Positions 9,280 to 17,000 are shown, counted from the stretch's first letter. The stretch is 36,593 nt of DNA from a virus (IMGVR_UViG_3300031949_000106:1-36593); one strand, 5' to 3'. Program-made: numbers and translations. The notes: generated by a model not told the origin, from the sequence alone.

Positions 9280-9398
9280 TGGAGAAGGCAGGATTCGAAC
9301 CTGCACGACACATCCCGCAACTAATGGCTAGTTGCCAGCGGGGCAAGTGATGTATCTTCCCTTCCGACGTGAGCGTCTACCAATTTCGCCACTTCTCC
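9280..9398 (-). ncRNA. tRNA-like RNA (Leu-type D arm, intact acceptor and T arms, no recognisable anticodon arm), 119 nt
   Basis: GGAGAAG/CTTCTCC acceptor stem, TG-GCG-AAATTGGTAGA-CGC D arm, GCAGG-TTCGAAT-CCTGC T arm, A discriminator; 68 nt between D and T arms. Confidence 0.8.
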
Positions 9399-9404
9399 AA
9401 TATT

Positions 9405-9800
9405 TCAAACTTTACAAACCCCGTCCTCAACGGCCTCTGCAAAGTCGTTTTTGTCCATAGTTTTTGATTCGGTTTGATATGTAAATTCAATTTCTTCTGA
9501 TCCGTCCGCGTTCCAGAAGGAAATATCCAGATCGTATAAGTTCCTGTCAACTAATTTAGCATCTGCCTGGTATTCTCGGCTTTCTGGTATGTGTTGGAAC
9601 TCATCCACCCGGCGGCCGCTTACAGTCATTTCCTGCGATCCGATGCCGAGAAGAAACTCAAAATATGCTTCATATTCATCATCGTATAAATGACGGCTGT
9701 CAGCGTCCTTAATTTCTGTGATAATGTGGTCTAGAATTTCGGCTTCAAGATCAATGATCTTAATTGCCGTTGCTTGGATTGTTGGATTGAATTTTTTCAT
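9405..9800 (-). CDS. Hypothetical acidic protein, 131 aa
   Basis: ORF downstream of the 9844-9887 promoter; ends 6 nt before the tRNA-like RNA. Confidence 0.75.
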   Translation of the reverse strand: MKKFNPTIQATAIKIIDLEAEILDHIITEIKDADSRHLYDDEYEAYFEFLLGIGSQEMTVSGRRVDEFQHIPESREYQADAKLVDRNLYDLDISFWNADGSEEIEFTYQTESKTMDKNDFAEAVEDGVCKV

Positions 9801-9843
9801 GATATGGATTTTGAATGTGTTCGTTTATGTGATTGTTTTACCC

Positions 9844-9887
9844 GCAATTACGGGATTCTTTAGCGGCTAAACTATGACTTTTGTCAT
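9844..9887 (-). promoter_or_regulatory. Promoter: ATGAC-N4-GTCAT palindrome, 22 bp, then GTAATTGC
   Basis: Palindrome at 9874-9887; octamer identical to the one at 17187-17194. Confidence 0.65.
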
Positions 9888-9889
9888 GC

Positions 9890-10240
9890 TTATAAAATCT
9901 TCTCAGTTAATTCTTGAAATTCTTCAAGGCTCCGCACAATGAAGTAATAAAAACCGGCATGATCAACCACTTGCTGCCACTTTTCTTGCGCTAGTGATTG
10001 CCTCCCGCTCTCTGTTTTAAACTCAATCAAATAAGCTATCCCATTCCACAAAAAGATTGTATCTGATACGCCAGGGACCTGCCCGACTGCCTTGCGCCCC
10101 ATTGCCCGGACAACGTGCTCTGAGTTGTTATTTACCGCGAAAAATAACCCCCTGGTTTCCGGGTAATTATTCCAAAGCCATTTCACGCATTCGGCTTGGA
10201 TTTGGGCTTCTGATTTTTTCTTATTCATGTCGCCAGTCAT
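9890..10240 (-). CDS. VRR-NUC domain nuclease (PD-(D/E)xK)
   Basis: SEAQIQ...GVSD...IEFKT..GRQS..Q..W signature. Confidence 0.9.
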   Translation of the reverse strand: MTGDMNKKKSEAQIQAECVKWLWNNYPETRGLFFAVNNNSEHVVRAMGRKAVGQVPGVSDTIFLWNGIAYLIEFKTESGRQSLAQEKWQQVVDHAGFYYFIVRSLEEFQELTEKIL

Positions 10241-10384
10241 TTAACATTTGTTATTTATTTACTCGCTTAAACCTTGGTAGTGTTTGAAACAGGCAACTAA
10301 CCAAACCTGACGACCGTTACCCCGCATTAAAACGTACGCTTCGCCGGGGTAACACGTGGTATAATTTATGGCTGCTGGGAGCAA

Positions 10385-10624
10385 CTAATCAACATCTTGC
10401 AAGTTGTTTTCTTTTTCTTTTTTCCCGCCCGCGTCAGCCGTGACCGGATGTATGGAAAGGTTCAATGCTTCTAATATTGATTCCAGCTTGTCCGATCCCA
10501 AATTGTACTTTCCATTTTCAAAATCTGAAATAGTGGCATTTCGCACACCAATTTTTTCAGCCAGTTCTTTTTGTGTTATTCCGAGCGACTTGCGCCGCTC
10601 GGATATGGTTTTGTTAATTGTCAT
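10385..10624 (-). CDS. XRE-family helix-turn-helix regulator
   Basis: ISERRKSLGITQKELAEKIGVRNATISDFENG classic HTH_3 pattern. Confidence 0.93.
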   Translation of the reverse strand: MTINKTISERRKSLGITQKELAEKIGVRNATISDFENGKYNLGSDKLESILEALNLSIHPVTADAGGKKEKENNLQDVD

Positions 10625-10902
10625 GATCTAATTCTTAATGCGTAATCATCCCACACAAGTAATTTACCAAATTTTGTATCTTTTAATTTTGGAGTACTCC
10701 ACATTCTAAGTCTTTCAAAAACCTGCATCACATAGCTGTTTAATTCAAGTGGTTGAAATTTAATCTTCGATTCTGCTAAGAAAACTTGTCCGCGTGCCAT
10801 AGAATTTTCCATGATTTTGGCAACTTCGAATAGCTCATAGTGTAATTTAATTATCGGAAAGCTTGAATTACTAAAGTCTTCTATTTCAAATTGTGTTTTC
10901 AT
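10621..10902 (-). CDS. Hypothetical protein, 93 aa, translationally coupled to the HTH gene
   Basis: Start reassigned to MKTQF at 10902; ATGA overlap with the HTH gene; own promoter at 10942-10949. Confidence 0.7.
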   Translation of the reverse strand: MKTQFEIEDFSNSSFPIIKLHYELFEVAKIMENSMARGQVFLAESKIKFQPLELNSYVMQVFERLRMWSTPKLKDTKFGKLLVWDDYALRIRS

Positions 10903-10924
10903 CTTGTTTTGTTTTAAGTTGTTA

Positions 10925-10960
10925 TTTAAATTTCTATACTCCAAAGATACGGTATATAGT
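10925..10960 (-). promoter_or_regulatory. Promoter A (TATCTTTG -7 box), member of a repeated family
   Basis: TAnnTTTG at 10949-10942; 10925-10949 matches 12943-12967 at 24/25. Confidence 0.75.
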
Positions 10961-11231
10961 AACACACTCCAGGCATTTCAACAACTTTTTTACGTTTTTT
11001 CGTATTCATTTTACTTGTTTGTAACAATTAATACAAAAACCCACCCCATAAAAGAAAAAGAAAACGGCAACGGCATTTCTTCAATCAAGCTTTTCCCGGT
11101 TCAAACGCCACAAATCATACCACCAGACCGTTGTGTTTCATTGCGCTTGAAAATTTAGTGTTTAATGAAGTGTTTCCGCAAGCGCAACGGAAAACACAAC
11201 ATGCAATATACTCCAGGGCTTTTCCTTTCAT

Positions 11232-11864
11232 TTAATAAACGTCTATGCTGTTAGTCCATAAATTAATTTGCCCACGCGCTTCAATTTTTTCAAAATTGTT
11301 TGGCTTTGACCACTGTTCGGCAATGGCTTTTGCAATTCCGGGATAAGTTTTAGACCGTAATTTTTGCCTATTTTCGGAAGGTGGCATTTTCCAAATTAGG
11401 TTTTCCCTTCCTTCAACAATATTAGTAGGTTTTAACAAGGGCAGCCCATGCAACCAAATCCAAGTTTCTTTAGTTTCACCGTGTCCAAACTGCCAGGGGT
11501 GTATTATCTGGCTTCTTTTACCAATGTATCTTTGCATAATTGTTTTAGGTTGTTCTAATGCCACTTTATCACAAACCTTTTTAGCTTCGTCCCAGCTATT
11601 TTTACAAAGTTCAATCCCTTGTTTTCTTAGAGGACTATTCCAGTACCATCGGTTTCCGCTCAAAGCTGTGTAAGTGCATGGCGGGTGTAATATTATCAAA
11701 TCCCATTTCCTTAAATTCAGTGCTTTGAAAATATCCATCTGTAAATGCCATTCGGGGTGCCCTCCTGAACATTCCTGCAAATCGCAACTAAAACAATTAT
11801 GTCCAAGTTTCCTAAACTCTATTGTAGTTGCCTGGCTTTCCTCAAATCCTAAAAGAATGTCCAT
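11232..11864 (-). CDS. Atypical phage DNA cytosine methyltransferase-like protein
   Basis: ILLGFEESQ...SCDL...WDLIILHPPCTY catalytic PC motif, ALEQP, RSKTYPGIAKAIAEQW C-terminus. Confidence 0.75.
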   Translation of the reverse strand: MDILLGFEESQATTIEFRKLGHNCFSCDLQECSGGHPEWHLQMDIFKALNLRKWDLIILHPPCTYTALSGNRWYWNSPLRKQGIELCKNSWDEAKKVCDKVALEQPKTIMQRYIGKRSQIIHPWQFGHGETKETWIWLHGLPLLKPTNIVEGRENLIWKMPPSENRQKLRSKTYPGIAKAIAEQWSKPNNFEKIEARGQINLWTNSIDVY

Positions 11865-11924
11865 AAATCCCTCCCTAAAATTATTTTATTGCGTTCGTTC
11901 ATTTAATCAGTGTATGTGCGGTAT

Positions 11925-12185
11925 TCACGGCAACCGACACCTCCATAACTCTTTGCAATCTTCTCGGAGGAATGAGACACCGCCGCCATAATCAAATGAG
12001 TCAATGTATAATTTTATCGTTTCAACAAATTGCTGACGTGTTTCGGTTTTGGCCAGGTCATCAACCTTGTGAACCTTGTGAAAAGGCATTGAGTCGATGA
12101 ATACAAAGACCCGCTGCTGATATGGCGTTAGGCTTCTTGATGTTGCCGTCTGGTCTTGATTTCGATATGTTTCCGTCTGGTCCAT
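11925..12185 (-). CDS. Hypothetical protein, 86 aa
   Basis: ORF in the early operon, 3 nt after the upstream gene. Confidence 0.65.
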   Translation of the reverse strand: MDQTETYRNQDQTATSRSLTPYQQRVFVFIDSMPFHKVHKVDDLAKTETRQQFVETIKLYIDSFDYGGGVSFLREDCKELWRCRLP

Positions 12186-12188
12186 ACC

Positions 12189-12386
12189 CTAAAATATCAC
12201 ATCTGCTGGTTCTCTCATCCGCTTGATCTCCTCAACTGCCAACTTATTGAACTTGTCGTAGTTGGCATTGTCACGCTTAAGGCGTTTGATCTTGTCATTT
12301 CTTGAACCAAGAACAGCGAGTAATCCGGCGTTGGTGATTATCAAAGCTGCGAGTAATACGATTAAAATGATTTCTGGTGTTGTCAT
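12189..12386 (-). CDS. Small membrane protein, 65 aa
   Basis: N-terminal TM helix plus coiled coil; AAACTAAAATC-ATG start context. Confidence 0.75.
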   Translation of the reverse strand: MTTPEIILIVLLAALIITNAGLLAVLGSRNDKIKRLKRDNANYDKFNKLAVEEIKRMREPADVIF

Positions 12387-12452
12387 GATTTTAGTTTGTT
12401 TTGCCGCTGGCTTTTTCGCCGGTGGCGGTTAATACTTTTTAAGTTTGTTTTG

Positions 12453-12496
12453 TAAAATTACCGTATTAATTCCGGTTAAAATATGACTTTTGTCAT
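12453..12496 (-). promoter_or_regulatory. Promoter: ATGAC-N4-GTCAT palindrome, 22 bp, then TAATTTTA
   Basis: Palindrome at 12483-12496; 7/8 match to TAnnTTTG at 12460-12453. Confidence 0.7.
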
Positions 12497-12499
12497 GTA

Positions 12500-12715
12500 T
12501 TAGAAGTGATCAGTAAAATCTTCATCCGTTGCACACTCAGGACATTTTGTAATTACCAGGCGTGTTGATTTCACATGCTTATAAAATTCAATAATCCCCT
12601 GTTCATACCGCTTTTTAGCGCTTGAATTTTTGTAAGAGTCTTCCGATAACCGGAAGAACCCGGCTATGTCTTTATTCGTTAGCCGGAGTTCTTTTTTGAG
12701 TTGGGAGATTGTCAT
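12500..12715 (-). CDS. Small HTH-like DNA-binding protein, 71 aa
   Basis: MTISQLKKELRLTNKDIAGFFRLS pattern; start reassigned to 12715, 1 nt after the upstream stop. Confidence 0.65.
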   Translation of the reverse strand: MTISQLKKELRLTNKDIAGFFRLSEDSYKNSSAKKRYEQGIIEFYKHVKSTRLVITKCPECATDEDFTDHF

Positions 12716-12716
12716 T

Positions 12717-12932
12717 TTAGAAGTTTTTAACCAAGTTAAATCTTTCAGCGATTTGTCCAGCAATTCCAGAAACTTGCCAGCCACCTGTCATTGTTACTTC
12801 GCCGTTTTCGATAAAAATCTTGTCACTTTTTTTACCTCTGTAGGTTATAGATATCTTTTTACCCTCAAAACTTGCATAGCATCCTGCGAATTCTTTGTTG
12901 ATGATTTCTGTTGCTTCAATAATAGTTTTCAT
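12717..12932 (-). CDS. Hypothetical protein, 71 aa
   Basis: Start reassigned to MKTIIE at 12932, downstream of promoter B. Confidence 0.7.
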   Translation of the reverse strand: MKTIIEATEIINKEFAGCYASFEGKKISITYRGKKSDKIFIENGEVTMTGGWQVSGIAGQIAERFNLVKNF

Positions 12933-12942
12933 TTCTTTTGTT

Positions 12943-12990
12943 TTTAAATTTCTATACTCCAACGATAGTATATACTTACATACCGTGCAA
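12943..12990 (-). promoter_or_regulatory. Promoter B with palindromic operator candidate AGTATATACT
   Basis: Shares 24/25 bp with promoter A and 19/19 bp with promoter C. Confidence 0.7.
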
Positions 12991-13019
12991 GTTTTTTGCA
13001 AACTTTTTTTGAATTATTT

Positions 13020-13433
13020 TTAAATTTTAGCTAAAATTGCTTCGGTCAAGTTATCTGTAAAAATGTTAATGCCGTAAACGCTATTCCAATGATTCAATGT
13101 GCTATTTTTTACTTCGTGATTTCTTATCGAAATAGCATCTTTGCCGTTTTTTGTGATATAAATACTGCTATCATAAGGAGTGCTGACGATATACCCAGCT
13201 TGCTGAAAAGCTTCAATTAATTCATTCCATACTGCAACTTGCATATCTCTTATTTCTTTCTCGTCGCGGTCTGAGTAAGTGTACTCTTCTCCATTCTTAA
13301 CGTCATCTTCTGAAACTTCATTCAGAAATTCATTAAAATAAACGTTGTAGCTTCCTGCATTTGCCTCATTAATTGCTTTTAATGCCTGAACTAAGATTTG
13401 AAGCTTGTCGTATTTTCCGATTAAAGTTGTCAT
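13020..13433 (-). CDS. Hypothetical protein, 137 aa
   Basis: AT-rich ORF with its own promoter C. Confidence 0.75.
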   Translation of the reverse strand: MTTLIGKYDKLQILVQALKAINEANAGSYNVYFNEFLNEVSEDDVKNGEEYTYSDRDEKEIRDMQVAVWNELIEAFQQAGYIVSTPYDSSIYITKNGKDAISIRNHEVKNSTLNHWNSVYGINIFTDNLTEAILAKI

Positions 13434-13457
13434 GATGTTTTGTTTTTAATTATAGTA

Positions 13458-13490
13458 TAAAGATAGTATATACTTACATATCTTCCAAAT
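13458..13490 (-). promoter_or_regulatory. Promoter C with AGTATATACT operator candidate
   Basis: TATCTTTA -7-like box; GATAGTATATACTTACATA at 13462-13480 is identical to 12964-12982. Confidence 0.65.
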
Positions 13491-13540
13491 AAAATGTGCC
13501 AGTTTGTAACAATTGGTACAAAAATAATTTAAATCGGTCA

Positions 13541-16033
13541 TCAAAACGGAATATCTCCCTGCTTATTACTCGGTTCATAAACCGGATCCGTCTCAGTTTC
13601 AACCGCCGACAACTGCGAATTGCCATCCTTAATGAACTCCATATACTGACCGCCGGCCCCACATCGCGCCTCAAATGTCCAGCCGTTATATTCGGCCCAA
13701 GTCCGGCACCATTCGGTAAAACGGCGTTGGCCTAAGTTGTTTTGGTAATATTTGTCATCTGTATACTCCCGGAATTTATGAATTAGGTCTGCCTTGCTGA
13801 ACACGTCAGGAAGTGATAATTCGTCTTCAGCAAACAAAACAAAATCCGCATTCGTGTCTGCTTTCAGTTTGTTATATTCTAATGCAACATAATTAGGTTT
13901 GACCAGTCCAACATTCAAATAATGAACCAAACAGGCAATCATGTAATTATCAAAGCGCGTCCATTCCTCAACATCCCACTCAGTAAACGGTTCCCGCTTA
14001 AATTCATCTTCGGGCGTATGGTCCGGCTTAAAATATTTGTGAATCTCAATTTCAAAAATCCGGCGGGTAAATGAATCGCCTTTTGATTTGATCGCGTAGT
14101 TTGTTGTAATGGCTATTTTGGGGGCTACATCGAACGGAAGGAACACCTCACCGGTGTAGAGTTTACGAATTGTAAAACCGGTTGTTATCATCGAAAAAAG
14201 CTGTTCAAATTTGAAGCCCTTAATAATGTCATCAAGAAAAAGGACGTTTGTATCTTGTCCTATTTGCTGCATTGCGAACTGATTTTTTGAATCAAAATTC
14301 TTTCCGTCAAGGGTCACCACATTTCTAAGTTGTTGGACAAACTTCACGCTTAACCCTTTCCCGGTTCCCCCGGTGGGCTTGTCTGTCATGTTCTCGTCAT
14401 TAAAAATTATGACCGGGCAAAAGCTCGCCTTCTTAAACGTATGCATCAAAAAACCCATGCTCGCCCGGTACGCGCTTATTCGGTCGCCCTGTGAATTTGA
14501 AACCAGCTTAGCAAACTTAGCAACATCCGACTTTTGATATTCTTCTTTTTCAAGCTTGATAAAATCCCGCTTGATAATCTGAGTAGACCAAACCACCCCT
14601 TTAAACTCGCCGTAGTCATGTGTTTTTATTCCGGTCTTATCTGCCTCAACAATGCAATTTTGAAAGAACAAAAATGCACGGTCTTTTTTATCCCGGATCC
14701 AATCGACTTCTGCCGGGGCAACAATTGATAAGCTAGTCTGGTTGAATTTTGAAGAGTCCATGAACTCGTTGTATATTTCAATTCGGTCTGTTCGTTCCAG
14801 GTACGAAAGAATGAAATCCCGGATTTCCATGAAGTTGGTTTCAGTTGCAACATTCTTTTCTATTTTAAGAAACATGAATTTATCTTTGTTTATCTCATAT
14901 CGAAAGTACCCGTTCTTTTGCAGAAAATTACGAAGGGCGAAAAAATCAATTTTAAAAGCTCCCTTTTTCCCGTATCCCCAGAAAATCTCGAGATATCCAG
15001 GATCTTCTTTGGGCGTTGAGTTGGTTGGTGTTGAGTTGGTTTTTTTTTCTTCGTTCGGTTGTGGCTTGCCATTAGGCTGCTTTACTGGAGCGGCTGGCTC
15101 CTGGGGTGTCCGGGGCGGCATCTCGTACCGCTTAGCAAGTTCGCGGGCGGCGGCTGAATAGTCGCCGTTGTATTGAAGCGTTACCATAATGTCAAAAGGG
15201 TGATAACACCGGCGCGGCTCAAAGTCGGGAGAATTACTTGAAAATGGGTAAAATACATCCGGCGCAATGTGTCCGAATGTGGCAGATACTCCGGTTTTTT
15301 TCCCGGGCCGCCTCCAATGTTTGCCGCTTAAATGGATCCATCCGGCCGCCTTAAGCATCGACTTCGCTTCCTCCACTCCATCCCGGTTAAATAAGTCACC
15401 GGGGCGTTCGCCTTCCTGTCGTGGCTCCCGGCGGTCGGGGGTGTAGGTTGGATGGTCCGGCTCTTGGGTCTCGGACTTATCAAAACTCCGGCAATAAGAT
15501 AGCAAGGTTTCTCTCTCTTCCTCGGTGATGATCGGTATGTCTGTCAAGCTGCCGGACATTAGGGTATATCCTTTTGACGGCGCGCAAACAATTAAGCCGC
15601 CTTCGCCGCGCGTTTCGATTACCGTTTCTTTCCCGTCAACTGATAGTTTCTGATTGCCTTCAATCTTTGCGCAACGATAAAATAAATGATAGCCGCCGCC
15701 CGGGGTTTGCTCAATTGGAATGTCATACCGCTGTATGATTTTCTGAACCTCGTCAATATCCGTTAGCTCGTTAAATACCGACTCCGCTGTGTCCAGATGA
15801 TTGTCTATATCAATTACTTCCAAACTACCGGAAACCGCCCCGCAAACGATGCAAACGCCAAAGGTATTGCAGTCTTTGTAATTCCTAAAGGTTCCCAAAT
15901 CATACTGCTCCGGCGGCTTCTCCATGAACTTACGCCAGCCGGATAGCATGGAGGGATATTTATCGGATAACTTACAGGGCAAAGCCGAAAGGGCGGCTTT
16001 ATTGTATGCGAATAACGCTTTTATATGTTCCAT
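13541..16033 (-). CDS. Bifunctional primase-polymerase fused to a C-terminal P-loop ATPase/helicase
   Basis: Prim-Pol motifs VIDID, TPGGGYHLFY, IETRGEGG..V.APS; Walker A GGTGKG, Walker B LFLDD; acidic DIPF tail. Confidence 0.88.
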   Translation of the reverse strand: MEHIKALFAYNKAALSALPCKLSDKYPSMLSGWRKFMEKPPEQYDLGTFRNYKDCNTFGVCIVCGAVSGSLEVIDIDNHLDTAESVFNELTDIDEVQKIIQRYDIPIEQTPGGGYHLFYRCAKIEGNQKLSVDGKETVIETRGEGGLIVCAPSKGYTLMSGSLTDIPIITEEERETLLSYCRSFDKSETQEPDHPTYTPDRREPRQEGERPGDLFNRDGVEEAKSMLKAAGWIHLSGKHWRRPGKKTGVSATFGHIAPDVFYPFSSNSPDFEPRRCYHPFDIMVTLQYNGDYSAAARELAKRYEMPPRTPQEPAAPVKQPNGKPQPNEEKKTNSTPTNSTPKEDPGYLEIFWGYGKKGAFKIDFFALRNFLQKNGYFRYEINKDKFMFLKIEKNVATETNFMEIRDFILSYLERTDRIEIYNEFMDSSKFNQTSLSIVAPAEVDWIRDKKDRAFLFFQNCIVEADKTGIKTHDYGEFKGVVWSTQIIKRDFIKLEKEEYQKSDVAKFAKLVSNSQGDRISAYRASMGFLMHTFKKASFCPVIIFNDENMTDKPTGGTGKGLSVKFVQQLRNVVTLDGKNFDSKNQFAMQQIGQDTNVLFLDDIIKGFKFEQLFSMITTGFTIRKLYTGEVFLPFDVAPKIAITTNYAIKSKGDSFTRRIFEIEIHKYFKPDHTPEDEFKREPFTEWDVEEWTRFDNYMIACLVHYLNVGLVKPNYVALEYNKLKADTNADFVLFAEDELSLPDVFSKADLIHKFREYTDDKYYQNNLGQRRFTEWCRTWAEYNGWTFEARCGAGGQYMEFIKDGNSQLSAVETETDPVYEPSNKQGDIPF

Positions 16034-16088
16034 ATAGTTTGTTTGTTTGATGTTATGATTTCAGAGCAGGACTGCTAAGTTATTCTTT

Positions 16089-16973
16089 TTACTGACTTGA
16101 TGCAATAGCCTTAAATATTTGCAGGGCTATTTGCGGCACAATCGCATTTCCGTAGGCTTTGATTGATTCGTTTCTCCACTTAGGAAAGGTAATTCCGTCC
16201 AGTCTGTTGGAAATCCCATCATTTCCGCTACAAATTGGGGGTTGAGTTGGGAAGTTTTGCCAGTTTCTGTACTTATAACATCTTCCAATCTGCTCTTTGT
16301 ATCTGTCCGGACATTTCCTCTCATTCCGTTGGTAGATACTCTTGGTGTCGGCAGTAGTTTGTAAAACATCGCTGCATCCAATATGCTGTTCGGTCTGTTC
16401 TCTCCGTTCTTTCGGCTCATCATTGTTGTTGCTCCCTTTTCCAATAATCCTTGTACTCGTTCTGGATGGTCCCGTTGTACACTTGTTGGAGTAGGCCACA
16501 AAAAAGACCCGTTCTCTTTTGTGGGGTGCATTTTGGCTGCAAGCTGGAAGTATAACCGGCTGTACTTCGTACCCTTCATTTTCCAAGTCAGCCTGCACCT
16601 GCTCGAATACCAATCCGTCTGACCAATTAATAAGCCCAGGAACGTTTTCGCCCACGATGTAGCGCGGCCTGACCTCTCTAATAACTCTAAGCATTTCCGG
16701 CCAGAGGTTTCGATCATCTTCTGTACCTTTTCTTTTTCCTGCAAGGGAGAAAGGTTGACAGGGGAATCCTCCTGAAATAATATCAACTGTTCCTCTGTAT
16801 TTTGAAAAGTCTGTTTTGGTGATGTCTTCATAAGATTCTGCGTCAGGCCAGTAATAGTTCAACACTTTTCTTCCAAATGGGTTGATTTCGCAATGAAAAA
16901 CATTCTCCCATCCCATCCATTCAGCCGCTAAATCGAAGCCGCCAATTCCGCTAAATAAGCTTCCGTGTTTCAT
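16089..16973 (-). CDS. DNA (cytosine-5) methyltransferase, alpha chain (motifs I-VIII and X)
   Basis: LFSGIGG, GGFPCQ, ENV, RERVF, GNAIV; no motif IX in this frame. Confidence 0.93.
   Translation of the reverse strand: MKHGSLFSGIGGFDLAAEWMGWENVFHCEINPFGRKVLNYYWPDAESYEDITKTDFSKYRGTVDIISGGFPCQPFSLAGKRKGTEDDRNLWPEMLRVIREVRPRYIVGENVPGLINWSDGLVFEQVQADLENEGYEVQPVILPACSQNAPHKRERVFFVAYSNKCTTGPSRTSTRIIGKGSNNNDEPKERREQTEQHIGCSDVLQTTADTKSIYQRNERKCPDRYKEQIGRCYKYRNWQNFPTQPPICSGNDGISNRLDGITFPKWRNESIKAYGNAIVPQIALQIFKAIASSQ
16127..16831 (-). CDS. Nested alternative-frame methyltransferase beta chain (TRD-like repeats plus motif IX)
   Basis: 234 open codons inside the alpha gene; WPTP and LPTP repeats; LNPQFVAEMMGFPTDWT; true start uncertain. 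Confidence 0.75.
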   Translation of the reverse strand: MKTSPKQTFQNTEEQLILFQEDSPVNLSPLQEKEKVQKMIETSGRKCLELLERSGRATSWAKTFLGLLIGQTDWYSSRCRLTWKMKGTKYSRLYFQLAAKMHPTKENGSFLWPTPTSVQRDHPERVQGLLEKGATTMMSRKNGENRPNSILDAAMFYKLLPTPRVSTNGMRGNVRTDTKSRLEDVISTETGKTSQLNPQFVAEMMGFPTDWTELPFLSGETNQSKPTEMRLCRK

Positions 16974-17000
16974 GTTTTACTTTTGCCGTGTTTCATGTTG

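Larger units (their letters stand above)
10316..11907. mobile_element. Array of attC-like foldback cassettes without an integrase
   Basis: Complementary core pairs GTTACCCCG/CGGGGTAAC and GTTGTGTTT/AAACACAAC; long-range inverted arms 10356-10372/11107-11123, 10406-10421/11050-11065 and 11258-11269/11878-11889. Confidence 0.6.

Noticed and set aside
9280-9398. Ordinary tRNA-Leu, a UGA-suppressor tRNA, or an attP site
   Set aside because: No canonical anticodon stem-loop; the UCA triplets present are not in a 7-nt loop with U33; no integrase and no duplicated tRNA 3' end.
10268-10316. A third, short attC-like hairpin (TTGGTAGTGTTTG-AAA-CAGGCAACTAACCAA) upstream of the first GTT core
   Set aside because: Needs two bulges and two G-T pairs and has no clean AAC core; may be the remnant right arm of a lost element but cannot be supported alone.
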